The translations under genes were made by a program, and so were the position numbers. A DNA stretch of 64,000 bases. Source: Vicugna vicugna (Eukaryota). Positions 27,511 through 40,690 of this stretch are shown here, in pieces. Location of the stretch: assembly GCA_013265495.1 (NCBI GenBank), contig MU057744.1:1316356-1380355 (forward strand). The letters run 5' to 3'. The first letter of the stretch is position 1. Every line of letters begins with the position of its first letter. The notes beneath the pieces are model-generated. The model ran no database searches. It had not been told where the DNA came from and saw only the letters and a list, made by a program, of their open reading frames with translations.

Positions 27511-28484
27511 GCAAGTCATTTCGTCTGGGCCCGCCGGTTCCCTGAGGAACTGGCCCCAGGGCTGACTGGCGCGGGTGGGGACCTAATACTTCGGGCTTGG
27601 CTGTGTTTGTCATTAGATGAAACAAGGAGGAGACCCAGCTCTTTTACCAAATATCAGACAGAATACATTGGGATTCTCCTTTGAATGTGGCTTCATGAAA
27701 TTTTTAATAGGAACATAGTTTTTCAAACAAAGCCCATGATTTCAAAACAGAATCAGTTTGTTCACTCACCTGCTTACTGCTTACAAGGTCCCTACTGTGT
27801 GCCGAGGCCGTGCTTGACACTGTAGCTAAAAAAGATTGAGCTTCACCCTTGAAATGATGTTCAGTTTTGGAAAATCTCTTGACTGAATATTCTCCGTGTG
27901 CTGGTAATGTCCTTGACACCACTCCTGGATTCAGGTTCATTCTTGTTGGCTGCACGACCATGGTAAATCAGTGTTGGTCCTTGTGACTGAATTCTGAGGC
28001 TGATCTGTGTGTGAGTGGCTCTGAAGTGTTTATAAAAATCCCACTTGCGTTGCACACCTTGTTCTTTACCTAGAACGGCAGTGCTGGAGAGGGTAACCAG
28101 GCATCCGTCTGCGCTGGCGCTGTGGTTGTTCCCGCTGTGATGGGACACGGGCAGCTCTCCAGCTCCTCCCTCCCCCTTTACCACCAGCAGTACACAGTTA
28201 CCAGATAGGTTTTGGGCTTAAGGATATGATCTTTCACTATGGACTATTTGTACTGAACTGAAACTGTTCTTTGAGGTGATGGAGTCCAGGATCTTGGTTG
28301 AAGCCCCCTGAGCTACCAACTAGGTGGGCCTCCTTTCTACTCACAGAGCATGTGATTTGGGTTCCAGGTCTATCTTGGAGGCCATCTTGGTTGTGTTGAA
28401 GTGCTTTCTGTGCCGACGCCTGTCTGGCTCTAGAGAACTGGGTGGTCCGCTCTGAAATGACTGCAGCAGTGCTGAGCTGCTTGA

Positions 28485-28598
<114 letters not shown>

Positions 28599-29421
28599 TG
28601 AGTCAAGACCCACCCCTTTCAAATCTTTCCTTCTTTTAAACAAAAGCATTAACAGGCTGATTCTTTATTGGGCGAGAGGGGTAGGGTATGGCAATAGGTG
28701 ATAGAGGTTATATTTAATTTCTTCACTGTGATTTCGAATTTTCTACATTGAACATACCTTCTTAAATGAAATAAGTTAGTTATTATTTAATCTGTTGTAT
28801 GTTCAGTAAGGACATAAAGTAGAGCAAAAACTATTCAAGCAGAGTCAAAACAACCAGGAGGCTTCCTGGGAGTTGACTTCAGGCCAGAGGCTAGAACACT
28901 GGGCTCCGCCCCACGGTCAGTGGCCTGGGGCATATTCCCTTTTACTCTCAGTGAACTGCCAGATTTTAGAGCCAAGATCTTACAAGAGCTTGGCCAGATG
29001 GAGCTTTAGAAGAAGCCTTTGACTGTGCAGCTCTTGCTCCTTTCCTTGGAACAGAGCCGTGCACGCCTCCTGGTATTGGTGAAGCTGGTTGTCGAGCGAC
29101 TGATGAAGCTGGTTGTCGAGTGTTGTACTCAAGTAAAATCCCTTATGTGTCTCATTATGCTTGAGTAGTTACTCAGCACACGTTTGTTTCCGTCTGAGCG
29201 CTCATGTAAGTGCATGTTCTGCTCAGATTTCAACATATTCTCTACAAGGAGAAGCCTAGTATAACTGTGTCTTCTCAGACCCACGTCCAGCCAGCAGTCC
29301 TTTTGAGTCATGGACTTCTTTGCAATGTGCCGTGTTCACTGTAGAGAAGACCTGACTGCAGCTACAGCTGCGCCCCCGTAGAGTTCGGTTTTCCCGCTGT
29401 CACACACCAGTTAGCCTTTCA

Positions 29422-29422
<1 letters not shown>

Positions 29423-29452
<30 letters not shown>

Positions 29453-29460
29453 CCCCCCCC
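29423..29460. repeat. Poly-C tract (C29 A C8)
   Basis: Directly visible. Confidence 0.9.
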
Positions 29461-30639
29461 GCTTCAACACGTTTATCCACCTCTGCGTTCAGGGCTGAGT
29501 GAATGCAACTCTGAACCATTCAGAAAGACTGGAGATGGAGGAGAGGTATCAGGACTTCCCCCTCTCCCCTGCCTGCCTGCCCGCCCCACTGTCAGAAGGC
29601 GCAGATTCTCTCCCACCCTGGAGGTGAGGAATATTGTTCTTCGAATTTTTTTTAATACATTAGAGCTACGGTGGAGGTTTTTGTGATGAGATTTTACCTA
29701 CACAGTAAGTATTTGGATGAGGTGTTTGCGTCCTGGAGTCTGTGACACTTCTGCTGTTGTCTCACCTCAAACCCTGTGTTGTTGGTTTCTATTTGCATTC
29801 ATCACAATTAGTTAAAATTCAGCTCAGCTAATAAATGTTTATGGATCACCTGTTACATACTGTGCATTTGTATCTGAGACACCAAAATGATTTAGTTGAC
29901 TTTTCTCCATTTAAGAAATTTCCTGTTTATCAGGCTAAAAAGCTGGTGATAATGGGGCAGGAACTGTGGAAAAGGCAAACTTCCTAAGCCAGTCCTTGAG
30001 ATATCATTGTCATGTGTTTATCACTGTTTATTGGGAAGAATGGGTAAGTAGCTGAGAGAATCATATCAGGAATGTTTTTTCCCTCCAGTAAAGACATGTT
30101 AAGAGGCCAGGGAGAGCTTGGCATTTCTCCAGGGTGCTGCTGAAGACCAATGTCAGCAGTGAAAGTGGCTAATCAGACCAGAGGCTTTCCTCCAGTACAT
30201 CCAGTTCTCTAGCTTGTGCACTGAAGGTCTGCTTGTCTTTGCTAGTAAGATAACTTTTGCTTAACTCTGCTAGTAAGTGACTGGAGAAACATCTGATGAA
30301 GCTTAATTTTTTTTACAAAAAATAGTGAGTGTGCAGACTTTTCCTGTCAGGTCAAACACCCGTTTGGGTCTTGTGTCTCATTACGTATGGACCCTTGGTA
30401 TTGGTGTGTTTAATGTTACGATGTCAGCTAGCAGACGGGTGGCCCCAAGATCTGCCTGATGTGCTTGGACGTGTGTTTTTGCTGGGCATCGCTAGGCTGA
30501 TGCTTGGCTGCACCACCCAGCTAGTGAGTGAGTCTAGCAAACCATCCAGTACCAAATCCTAATGCAGTTTCTCATTCCTCGTTGCCTTGATGAGTAAACC
30601 TCGTGAAGTGATAAGAATCAGCTCCCAGCACTCTGGAGC

Positions 30640-30972
30640 GGATCATACAGTGCTGCTAACTGTATTCAGCGCTGCGTGTTAGCTCTCTAGAACTCTCAAG
30701 CTTCTCTTGACCGGCTTTTCCCCACCCCACAGCCCCTGGTAACCACAATTCTACTGTTTCTGTACGTTCAGCTTCCTTAGATTCCCCGCAGAAGCATCGC
30801 ACACTCAGGGTATTTGTCTCTCTCTGTCTGACTCACCTCACTTGGCATAATGCCCTCAAGGCTCATCCATGTTTTCACAATGGCAGGATTTCCTTCTTCC
30901 CTATGGCTTCTCATGGTTCCATCCTGTACATAGATCACATCTTTACCATTCGTCTATTGACAGACACCTTAG
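30640..30972 (-). mobile_element. L1 3' fragment
   Basis: cagcccctggtaaccacaattctact...cttggcataatgccctcaaggctcatccatgtt. Confidence 0.7.
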
Positions 30973-32019
30973 CCACAGGCTGGAAACCTTCGCTGGGGCT
31001 GCAGGCTGGTGGGGTACTCCCATCCAGTGGTGGCAGATGTGAATTGCAGGATCAGAAACAAGCTGCCACCTTTAACTTCACTTCACGTGACAGCAAATGT
31101 GAGGCGCCCAAAGTGGGTGCAGATGCAAAGCCAGCCTTATTTTCCATTTTCATTCCTTCTGGAGAGCAAAAGGGACTTTACCTATTACAATATTTTATTT
31201 TCTAAACTGTATGTATTCTCAGATAGGATTGGATGCCTTTGCTAAAGCATTTAATGCATCTTACATTTTTTTCTGAATTAAATGCTTGTGTTAACAGCTC
31301 TGTTACAAGCACTTGAGAAAGATGATTATACAGTTTTTAAAATTCCATAATATTCATTTTTATTTTCTTTAATCACTCATGTGGCAGAATATAAGAATCT
31401 GTCAAAGAAGAGGCCTATAGACATGGGGTGTGGCTCAGAGTGCAGGATGGAAACCAAGGCAAAGCCAAGAGAGGCAGAGAGGTGTGTGGGGGAGGCAGGA
31501 CAAAGTAAAGGGAGAGAAGGTGGGAAGGGTGGTGGGAAGAATGGCGGCGGCCACAGAAGACAGGGATGGGTGTCACCCAGCCTTCGGATCCCTCCTTCAG
31601 CCAGGGTTCCCATGGCCAGTTGTTCGTGATTCTGGGCCTTCATCTAGCTAACACCTACTTAGTTTTTCAAAATTCAGCTGCTGTCACTCCCCAGGATGCT
31701 TCTGATTGTTACCCAGTTGGCCTCCCATGACGCACTGTAAATGCCCTGTTGGAGCACTTGTCATACTCTGTTTTCATGTAGAACTTGCCAGCAGTTTTTC
31801 AGCTCAGATGTGCTGAGAAACCGATCCCCTTCTTCTAGGGTGGACGGGGCAGCCCCAGCCCTCGACTGGTTGTCGTGGCGGTGAGCAGCCTCCTTCGTGT
31901 ATTCCGCTGCCATAAATATTATTTTCTGTGCAGGAAAGCATTGGGAAAGGTCCCTCTAAACAGTGGTATAGTTGGCTGTTTCCCAGCAAGACTTCCTAAG
32001 GCAGCCTGATAAGTTGGAA

Positions 32020-32720
32020 ACTGAACTTGTACCCAGTCCCCTAGCTCACTGTGTCCAGACCTCTCTTACCTCAGTGACCGCTGGGACTCCCTCTCTGCAA
32101 CCCCTGAATGGGCGAGTGTCCGGGCTCAGCCCTTGGACCTCTTCTCTGTCTGTCCTCACTGCCTAGTGCTTTTCAGATTGTAATGGTCCTTCTGATCACC
32201 TGGGGATCTTGATGAAGGTCAGATCTGGTTACAGGAGGTCTGGACCGGAGGTTCTGCGTTTCTTACGAGCTCCCAGGTGGCGCTGGTGCTGCAGGTACAG
32301 GGAGCACACCTGGGGGACGACGGCCTGGATGGCCTTAGGCCATCTCGTCCTGTCTTGTGAAGGCGTTTCTCTTGCATCTCTCCGCTCTCCCCTCCCTCCT
32401 CCCCGCTTTCTCCCTCTCCCCTTGCTCCCCCACTTTTGGCAGCTTATTTTTCTTAATCTTTTACACATAGTCTTGGGACTTTTTAATACCATCTAATACT
32501 CAACAAGTCCCAAGTTATATCTCTCACCTGGACTTCAGACTTACATATCCAGTCGACTGTTTGAGATTTCCGTCTGGATAGCTGAAGAAATGTCAAACTT
32601 CATGTTCTGAACATTGAACTGATTGCTGCCATTGACATGCCCTCTTCTCCCTCTCGGACCTCCCTCCCCACGACTTTCTCCTTCCTCCATTTCTGTCCAG
32701 CTGTGAGGTCTTGCTTTTTC
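32020..32720 (+). mobile_element. L2 fragment interrupted by a MER5A-like element (about 32164-32325)
   Basis: L2: cttcagacttacatatccagtcgactgtttgagatttcc. MER5A: gatcacctggggatcttg...ttctgcgtttcttacgagctcccaggtg. Confidence 0.6.
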
Positions 32721-33839
32721 TCAGAGCAAGCATGCACGCAGTGTTCCTGAAAGATGCACTGCAGAAAGCAGGAAAAAGAACTGAGAGCAAGACAATTCTT
32801 GCCATCGCACTGATGATTTTAATTGAATATTTTAAAGGTATACAATGTTGAAAAGTCACTTTTGAAATGCACGCCGTTTTGTCTTGAGCAGTATGCTACT
32901 ACGCTGAGTTTTATACGCAGTGGTCTGTGCTTAGTCATAGTTTAGCAAATCCAGCTGTCAGACTTTTCTTCAATGTGCCAAAAAAAAAAAAATAAGGTGC
33001 CACCTGGCTCCTGTTACAGCCTGCAGTGCCCCGCCATCAAAACCTGCAGCATTTGTCTTCTGCTGGGTGGGCGCTGGCAAACCTGAGTATAGCTGTCACT
33101 GACTGACACTGTCTGCGTGCTGAGGAGTCCGTATGTGCTAGGTTATTTTTTTTTAGAAATTTTAAGTAATATGGCAACAAGCTAAAAACTCCAACATTAT
33201 GAAAGGGTGTATATTGAGAAGCAGGGCTCCTCCCTGCCCCTGGTGTCCAACACCTACTACTGGTAGCTGCCGATACTATGTCTGGGAGTAGTTCTTAAGC
33301 ACTGATTTTTTTATTTAAAATTATTTTGCCTACTTGAGAATTGTTGACATTGTGAAATAAGTGAAAATGCATGCTGTAGTTTTTAAGAGCATCTTTAAAA
33401 GAAATACTCATGATAAAATTAAATTGTAAAAATGTCTGGTGTTATGTGTGCTCAATAAATCTAGGATAGAGGAGCAGTATATAGAATATTTTCCAGGGCA
33501 GAAATCCTGTTTGTTCTGAGTTTCAGAAAGCTATCTCTTCTACGAGTTAAAATTCCTTGGTATCAGTCTGTCCTCTCAGGACGTGCTCCAGGCTTTTTCT
33601 GCCCAGTTTCGCCCTCCTCCTTGTGTGTGCCTTCCAGGGTCAGCCTTTCCTTTGAGTCTCAGTCCATTTCTCTTGGTGAACTGCTCCCTGGTTCAGTCTC
33701 TCCCTCCCTTGACTTGGGTAACCAGAGTTCCTTATTGTCAGCTTTCCGTGTGCAGGAACTGACCTCTCCTTGATGGCTTCCAAAGTAGTACGTGCAATGG
33801 ATATTTACTGAATGGGCTTCCCAAGCATCTTCTTACTGG

Positions 33840-34000
33840 CCTGAGTGCTAAGAGGATGGGTTTTGTGTCAGACCCAGGTTAAGATTCCAACCCTGCTACT
33901 TATTAGTTGTTTGACTGGACAGGATGCTTAACTTCTGGGCCAACATTTCTCAGGGTCCTTCCTCATTAAAATCGTTTTCAAGAATTAAAAAAAAAAGTAT
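33840..34000 (+). mobile_element. MIR SINE
   Basis: tcagacccaggttaagattccaaccctgctacttattagttgtttgactggacagg. Confidence 0.6.
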
Positions 34001-34169
34001 GAATTGGTAGACCTACCTCAAAATCAAATTTTAAATATGAATTAAACATCGTAAAAAGTTTTTATTCTTTGATGCAATAATCCCATTTATAGTAATCCAT
34101 CCTATATATATATATAAATATTTGGGTAAATGGGCCATGGTAGTGTTTCCATCATCAAATTCCTGTGAA

Positions 34170-34710
34170 GGTGAAGTGAGGTTGCTTATGCAGAGAGCTT
34201 GGTGTAGTGGAAACAACCCAGGTACCTGCTGTAGACGGGTGAGTGTATAAACAAACACCGCATGGCACACGCGTGCATGGAGTAATACTCAGCCTGTAAG
34301 AGGAAGGAAGTGCTGACACAGGCTGCAGCGTGGATGTGCCTGGGAGACATTATGCTCGGCAACTAAGCAGACACAAAAGGACAAACAATGCATGAGTCCA
34401 CTTGTATAAATATATGGAGGCGGCGAATGCCAGGGCTGGGGCGTTGGGGATGGGAACTACTGCTGAGTGATGACAGGTTTCCTGTCTGGGGTGATGGAAG
34501 AGTTGAAAATAAGTGGTGATGGTTGCACAATATTGTGATTGACTGCAATTAGTGCCACCAAGTTGTGCACTTAAGAATAGTTAAAATCGCAAGTTATATA
34601 TTACATATATTTTACCAGAGCTTAGAAAATAATGTCCTGTACCAAAAACTACTGAATTGTATGCTTTAAACGGTGAATTATATGCTCTGTGAATTCTATC
34701 AGTGAAGCTG
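34170..34710 (+). mobile_element. L1MB-like 3' end, sense
   Basis: ggaaacaaccca...aggaaggaagtgctgacacaggctgcagcgtggatg...gtggtgatggttgcacaatattgtga. Confidence 0.75.
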
Positions 34711-34915
34711 TTTGAACAAGGTCAGCACGGTCCCTCGCGCACAGTCCGTCCCTAATAAGTGACAGGCATGGTGGTGGTGGTGGTGGTAGACGAGCTTTTC
34801 AGTGTGATTCCAGTTTAGTTTAGAGCAGTATTTAGTGGCTAAATAAAAATGTTCATTTAGCTTTGTCTCTAGTGTGTTCTCATTAATTTTCTCACCTCTC
34901 ATTTCTGTGTCCCAG

Positions 34916-34983
34916 AGTTATTGATTTAGGGGTCATGACTCCCTGTGATAAGATACTGAAAGCTGCTATTGACCACAAAGCAG
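34916..34983 (+). CDS. MTR: MTR exon 23: (R)[22 protein letters not shown]
   Basis: Acceptor tcccag, donor CAG|GTACTG, 68 nt, phase 2 to phase 1. Confidence 0.96.
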
Positions 34984-35552
34984 GTACTGTGCATTGCAGT
35001 AAATGTCGCTTCCCCCAGTGTCTGTCTGTCAGTGAACAGGAATGGCCCAGCTCACGTGGGATGGGTGGGACATTCGGACAAGCAGGTGCCAGCCCTGCCT
35101 GGGTCTCCTGCATTGTCATTAGTAATGGCGGTTGGAGGGTTGACCAGGCGACTTTGAGACTCCGGTATAGCTCTGAGGAAGGGGAATGGGACAGGACAGG
35201 CTTCTCATAAGAGAACACTTTGTATTGGATTTTTTCCTCTGAGTATGTTTGTGTTTTTGTTTCTTCAGACACTGACCTGCTGAGTCTAGGAAATCATGAG
35301 CTGACCGTATGCTTTATTGCATGGCTTCCCCAAACTGTGGCAGGCATATTATTGCAACTTTTAAGTTGCACGTCACATTTACTACCAAAAACAAACAGCA
35401 AATTGAAAACCCTCAGTCAAAAAAGAAGTCTCAGAATTAGAAATTGGGAATTTATATTCTGTCTTGTGGCCTTTATTAGAGTCTTAAAAATGAGTTTTCC
35501 TCTTTTTGTCTCATCTTCCTTCTTACTGTCCTTTTTTTGTTGTTGTTGTTAA

Positions 35553-35681
<129 letters not shown>

Positions 35682-36528
35682 TAGGTCATGCCGATGAGCT
35701 TGCTGCTTCACAGTAAGTTCTCTTAGATGCCAGCGTTTAGAAACAGTGATAAAACCTGAGTTTTTTCTTATGCACAGTGTGTTGGCTTCTTATTATATAA
35801 ACATATGAATTTTCTGGTCTTCACGTGGACAAGAGCCAGCATAATTTGGGTGCATGCTGCAAGAAACTCCTCTGTCATCTCCCCACCCTCTGCCTGTGTG
35901 TGGATTCCTCTGACTTGCAGCCATCTTTTCCTTAATCCTTTCACCTCCCGTCCAGTTCCTGAGACTTCTAACAAACGCTTATTCCTCTTGAAATAAAACT
36001 GAGTGGAGAAGCTGTGTCTCTTGGCACAGAGAGATTGTTTGAACTTTAGCCCACTCCCTGTCTTCAAGCAGGTGTCTGAGTGAATAATTCCAGGTTCTCT
36101 TGAAGAAATTCTGACCTTGTAATAGTTGAGATAGGAAACTGACCTAGAGACAAGGAATCAAATGATCACTTTGGGAAGTTGTTTTTGAAAGGGAAACCTT
36201 TTGGCAACGTTTGGGTCAAATAATTTAAAGAAGAGAAAGTTCCAGTTGGTCACATGATCGTTACTCAGTTTGCCAGATTTTTCCTGGGGCCATGATCATA
36301 ACGATTGCTTGGTGAGAGGTATGTTAATTACAGGTATTAGACTTTTTATGACACACTCCTTATGCCCTATGTAGCTCACTTTGGCAGAGAGCAGTGCCCA
36401 GATGGAGCTTTGTCCCTGATGGTCCCACTGGCTTGCAGTTTGCTTTTCTGCTACTAAGTGTGATGGATGCCTGGTCAGGGCTATCCTGGGGTTCCTGCTG
36501 TGCTGGAGGCAACTGTACATCAAGCCAT

Positions 36529-36965
36529 TCGTGTTAGTCAGGGCTCTCCAGGGAAAGAGGATCAGTAGGATGTGTGTGTATCTCCTTAAACAGCAGGTGC
36601 AGAGGGGGGCGGGATTTGATTTATTTTAAGGAACTGGCTCATGTGATTATGGGGGCTGGTAAGTCTGAAGTCTGCAGGGAAGGGCAGCAAACTGGAGATC
36701 AGGTAGGAGTTGCTGTTGCAGTCTTGAGTCTGGAGGCAGAAGACCTTCTTCCTCTGGGGACCTCGGTCTCTTCTCTTAAGGTCTTTAATTGATTAGATGC
36801 GGCTCACCCACAGTATGGAGGGTAATAATCTGCTTCACTCCTAGTCCGCTGACTTAAATGTTAATCACATCTAAAAAACACCTTGCCAGAAACATCTAGA
36901 TTGTTGTTTGACCAAAAACTGGGTACCATGGCCTAGGCAAATTGGCACATAGAATTAGCCATCCT
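36529..36965. mobile_element. MLT2-family solo LTR (ERVL; MLT2D-like)
   Basis: tgttagtcagggctctccaggg...gatttattttaaggaactggctcatgtgattatgggggctgg...aaatgttaatcacatctaaaaaa...aattggcacatagaattagccatc. Confidence 0.85.
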
Positions 36966-38059
36966 TCTACTCATGATCTGCATGGGTCCTTTCCATGTGT
37001 GGTCAGTGTTCTGCGTGGTTTAGTTGCTTTCATACCTGAGGGGCTCGGTAGTGTGGCTGTTGTTGCTCACATTAGAAAACTGGGCATGTTTTTTCAGAGG
37101 GCTTATCTGCCAGGATATGTTCTCCAGGGACATGACCAGCCGTTGATAACTAGGTTTCAGTGAGCATGGTCTTGGGTAGCTGATGATCATAGTGTGAATA
37201 TTCATTAGCTTAGTAAAGAGAATGGTGGGAGAATCTACAGATGACTGTCAGAATGAAAGACTTCGTAAAATCACAATTGTAAAATAGGATAAGTAAATAT
37301 TTAAATGAGCAGATACAATGAAAAGCTTTATGAGTTATGGAAATGTGATGCTGGTTTCAAAATAAGAACCATTTTGTATGGTGGGATACTACACTCAGAA
37401 GTTCAGTATCAGGAAGCCGCATAGTGTTACTTGTGCAAGTTGGAGCATGATCAATGATTCTAGTATATCTCTTAACCAACTAAGAGCTGCCAGACTAAAG
37501 AGGTTTCTTAAAAAATAAGAAGAAACATTACTAGCCTCTCAAGATACATCACTGAAAAAATTAGGCATAAATGACTCTTAACAGTTAGAGCCTGGTATAT
37601 GAAGGTAAAATTAATCAGATCAAAAATCACCCACTATCTTCATGCTGTTGCCGAATGCCTCTTACCATCAGGGGAACTGTGATGTGTTCCTCTGTGAAGA
37701 CAGAAATCTGGGTCCTCTGACCTCCCAGGCTTTCTTCAGCTCTCCAGTGTTTATTTCTCAATGAGCTTTTCTGGTTCTGTTCTTGTTCATGCCTGTGCAA
37801 TTTCTGAGAAATTATTTAGAAAATAAAAGCCAGTAGCTTCCAGGTGACCATCCCCTTCTCCACTGTGGTGCTAGAGCAGCCTTTGAAAAACAGATTCTCA
37901 TGCAACCTCCAAGAACTTCAGTGTGAAATTCCCTGCTCTGACTCCATTCTGAAGCAGTGACAGTGGGCGAAGGTCTCACACCTGGAGTCGAGCTTCCTCG
38001 AGCCCTGCTCTCTGAGCGAGCGCTGTGACTGAGGTCTAGCGGCCATGCAGAAGAGAGTG

Positions 38060-38970
38060 TACAAATCGTAGAGCCACCGCTTGATGGACGTTTGCAAAGA
38101 TGAAACCGCTTACATAACAACCTCCAGATTGAGAAAAACAACATTAGTGACACCCTAGGGACTTCGCTGGATACACCCACCCAAGCCATCCTTTCCAGTA
38201 GCTGCTCTTGTCTCTTCTGTCGCCAGAGTTCGGCTTTGCCTGCACTTCAGCTTTGTATAAGTGGAATCCTGTTACGGGTCTTCTTCTGTGACTGGCTCAG
38301 CGCTGTGTCTGAGGCCCAAACTTGTTGTTACAGTAGTTGTTTCTTTTTTTTCCGTTGTGATACAATATTGCCTCGCATAATACACTGTGGCGTGTTTACC
38401 CGCGCTACGGGCGGTGGTGCTATGGGCAGTGGACTTTGGGTCTCCCAGTTTGGGGCTGTTACACAGAATGCTGCTCTGTGTGTGTTTCTGCCCCGAAGCA
38501 GGCTTGCTGGGTCACAGGGTACGCATGTGATCATCTGCATTAGATACTGCAGAGTAGTTTCCAAAGCGACTGTGTTAATTTATACTCCCACCAGCAGTTG
38601 TGAGTGCCACATCCTTTCCAGTTGTATCCATTCTAGTGTGTATGTAGTAACAGGCTGATAAGGTTTTCCTTTGTATTTCTCTGCTAACTAATTGACGTTG
38701 AGTGCCTTTTCCTGTGCATATTGACATGATATGCTTTTTAAGTTTTTTTTTAATTAGGTATTCTGCCTCTTTTCTTATTAATCTGTGTGCATTCTTTATT
38801 TATATTGGGTATAGGCTCTATCAGAAATATATTTTTTAAATAGATTCATCTCTTACATTTTGCTGTCCTAGTGATCTTTTGGGTGATGAAAACTTTTCTT
38901 TTTCATGAAGTCTGATATGTCAGTTTCTTCCTTTGTGCTTAGTGCTTTTTGTATCTGTGTAAGAAGCCAT
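38060..38970 (-). mobile_element. Old L1M relic, antisense
   Basis: tcccagtttggggctgttacacagaatgctgct; tttccaaagcgactgtgttaatttatactcccaccagcag. Confidence 0.65.
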
Positions 38971-40690
38971 CTGCCCTAGGAGTGTCAGCTTTGCTAGAAA
39001 ATACTGAGGAGTTTGACTGTCTCCGAAGCCCTTGCTGTTACCTCCTGCAGACCTCTCCCGGGCTTGGCAGTGGCCCAGTTCTTTCCTTTGCTAACTGTTT
39101 TTGAGCAGATGGAGGCTCAGGACTTCCAAATTCTCATGGAAGCAGATCTCTGAGGGAATGTAACACCATGGCTTTTCCAGACCTCAGGGGCCCGTGGTGG
39201 GGAGCATGATAGAATTAGAACGGCACCCCCGAGACACTCGAAATGAGGCGTAAGGATGGATCCTTGGAGAGGCTGAAAGGGTTGTGCAGACGTGGGCTCA
39301 CATATGGATAGAAATGTGCTTGGAGGGTCCCTCTTTACCTGCAGCGGTAGGAGAGTAGGAGACTGAGTGTTGTCCTGTCTGTAATACAGATGGCTTTATA
39401 GCACAAGCTAGGAACCACGTTAGCTGCAGAACTTCTCAAGGGCACGAGTCTGGCAGTTAGCTCTTAATTTTTAACTGGTTTAAAGCCAATAACTGCAAAG
39501 TGTCTTTTTCAATTATCTTTTGTGTAATTTAAGTTGGAGAATTCAATAGGAAGTCACATTGCTCAAAGCTGGAGATAATTTTCCGAGTTGTTCTTTTTTT
39601 TATTGCTACGTAAGGTGCTGAATCACATAACTGATGTTATTTTCCCCTTTGAATAGACTGCAGGGAAGCTTAGAGCTCAGGCCTGTGTGTAGCATTTCAT
39701 GGAATGAATTTTACGTGCTAATTTCCTGATTCCATTTCAATTTTACCATCTTTACTTCTGTTTCTCGTTTTTCTCATCAAACTTTAAGTTTTGGTCATGT
39801 GCATTTAGGTAGAACACTTTAATCCTGGGATAGGACTTGATATGAAATAAATGCTTGGAGTACTTACTCTTTTCAGAGTGTTAAAGAAAGGTCTTCCAAG
39901 GTTAACACTACCACGTCCATTTAGCAAGTATGGGAGGTGGCTGATTAAATCGTAAGTTTTGATGAGTGACTTAGCAGAGATGGATTTGGGGTTCAGCCTC
40001 AGTGGCTAGCCCTTTGTTCTTGGTACGTAGGAACAGGAAGAGGGATTCCAGTGGTTTGCAGACTTCAGAAAGACATCTTCCAGCTGGAGAAGTGCACGTA
40101 AATGGAGGCTTAGAAAAAGCAGAACCAGTGTCAGATTATTTCACGAGGAAACCGGAAGCGCTCTTGACGGCGGGCAAGCTCGGATTTCATGCCTGTGCTC
40201 ATCCAGCTTGGGCCGTTTTTATGTTGGAAAGCAGCACTTTGCTTTTATTTGTTTTATTTTTTTAAATTGTGGAATCCATCCATTTCTTCTCACTGCCCTT
40301 TCCCAGAAGATCCTCAAAGAGACAGTGGCGAGAATTATACTGAAAACCCTCGATTGGATGCTTAGTAAATAGGTTGATTTAGAAATTGAACATTTTACTG
40401 GCTTTCTTTAAAAGAGACGTCACTGCAGTCACATCAGGCGTAAGATACTGTTTCCTGGGGGAGCGTCATACAGAAACACACGGAGATGTGTTTGTGTGCT
40501 CGGGCTGCTGACCACTGAAGCAGCAGCACACGCAGTCTGACTTGTGTTCTGTTTTGAAACTGGAAGCAACTTCTTCTTTGTGACTTTTCCTGTTGTTTGA
40601 AAATCTTCCCTCCTTGTAGAATACCCCGAGTGCCTTCAGATCTCTGGTCCCCAGGCGCACAGCAGACACAGAGGCAGTCCTGAGGAGGTG

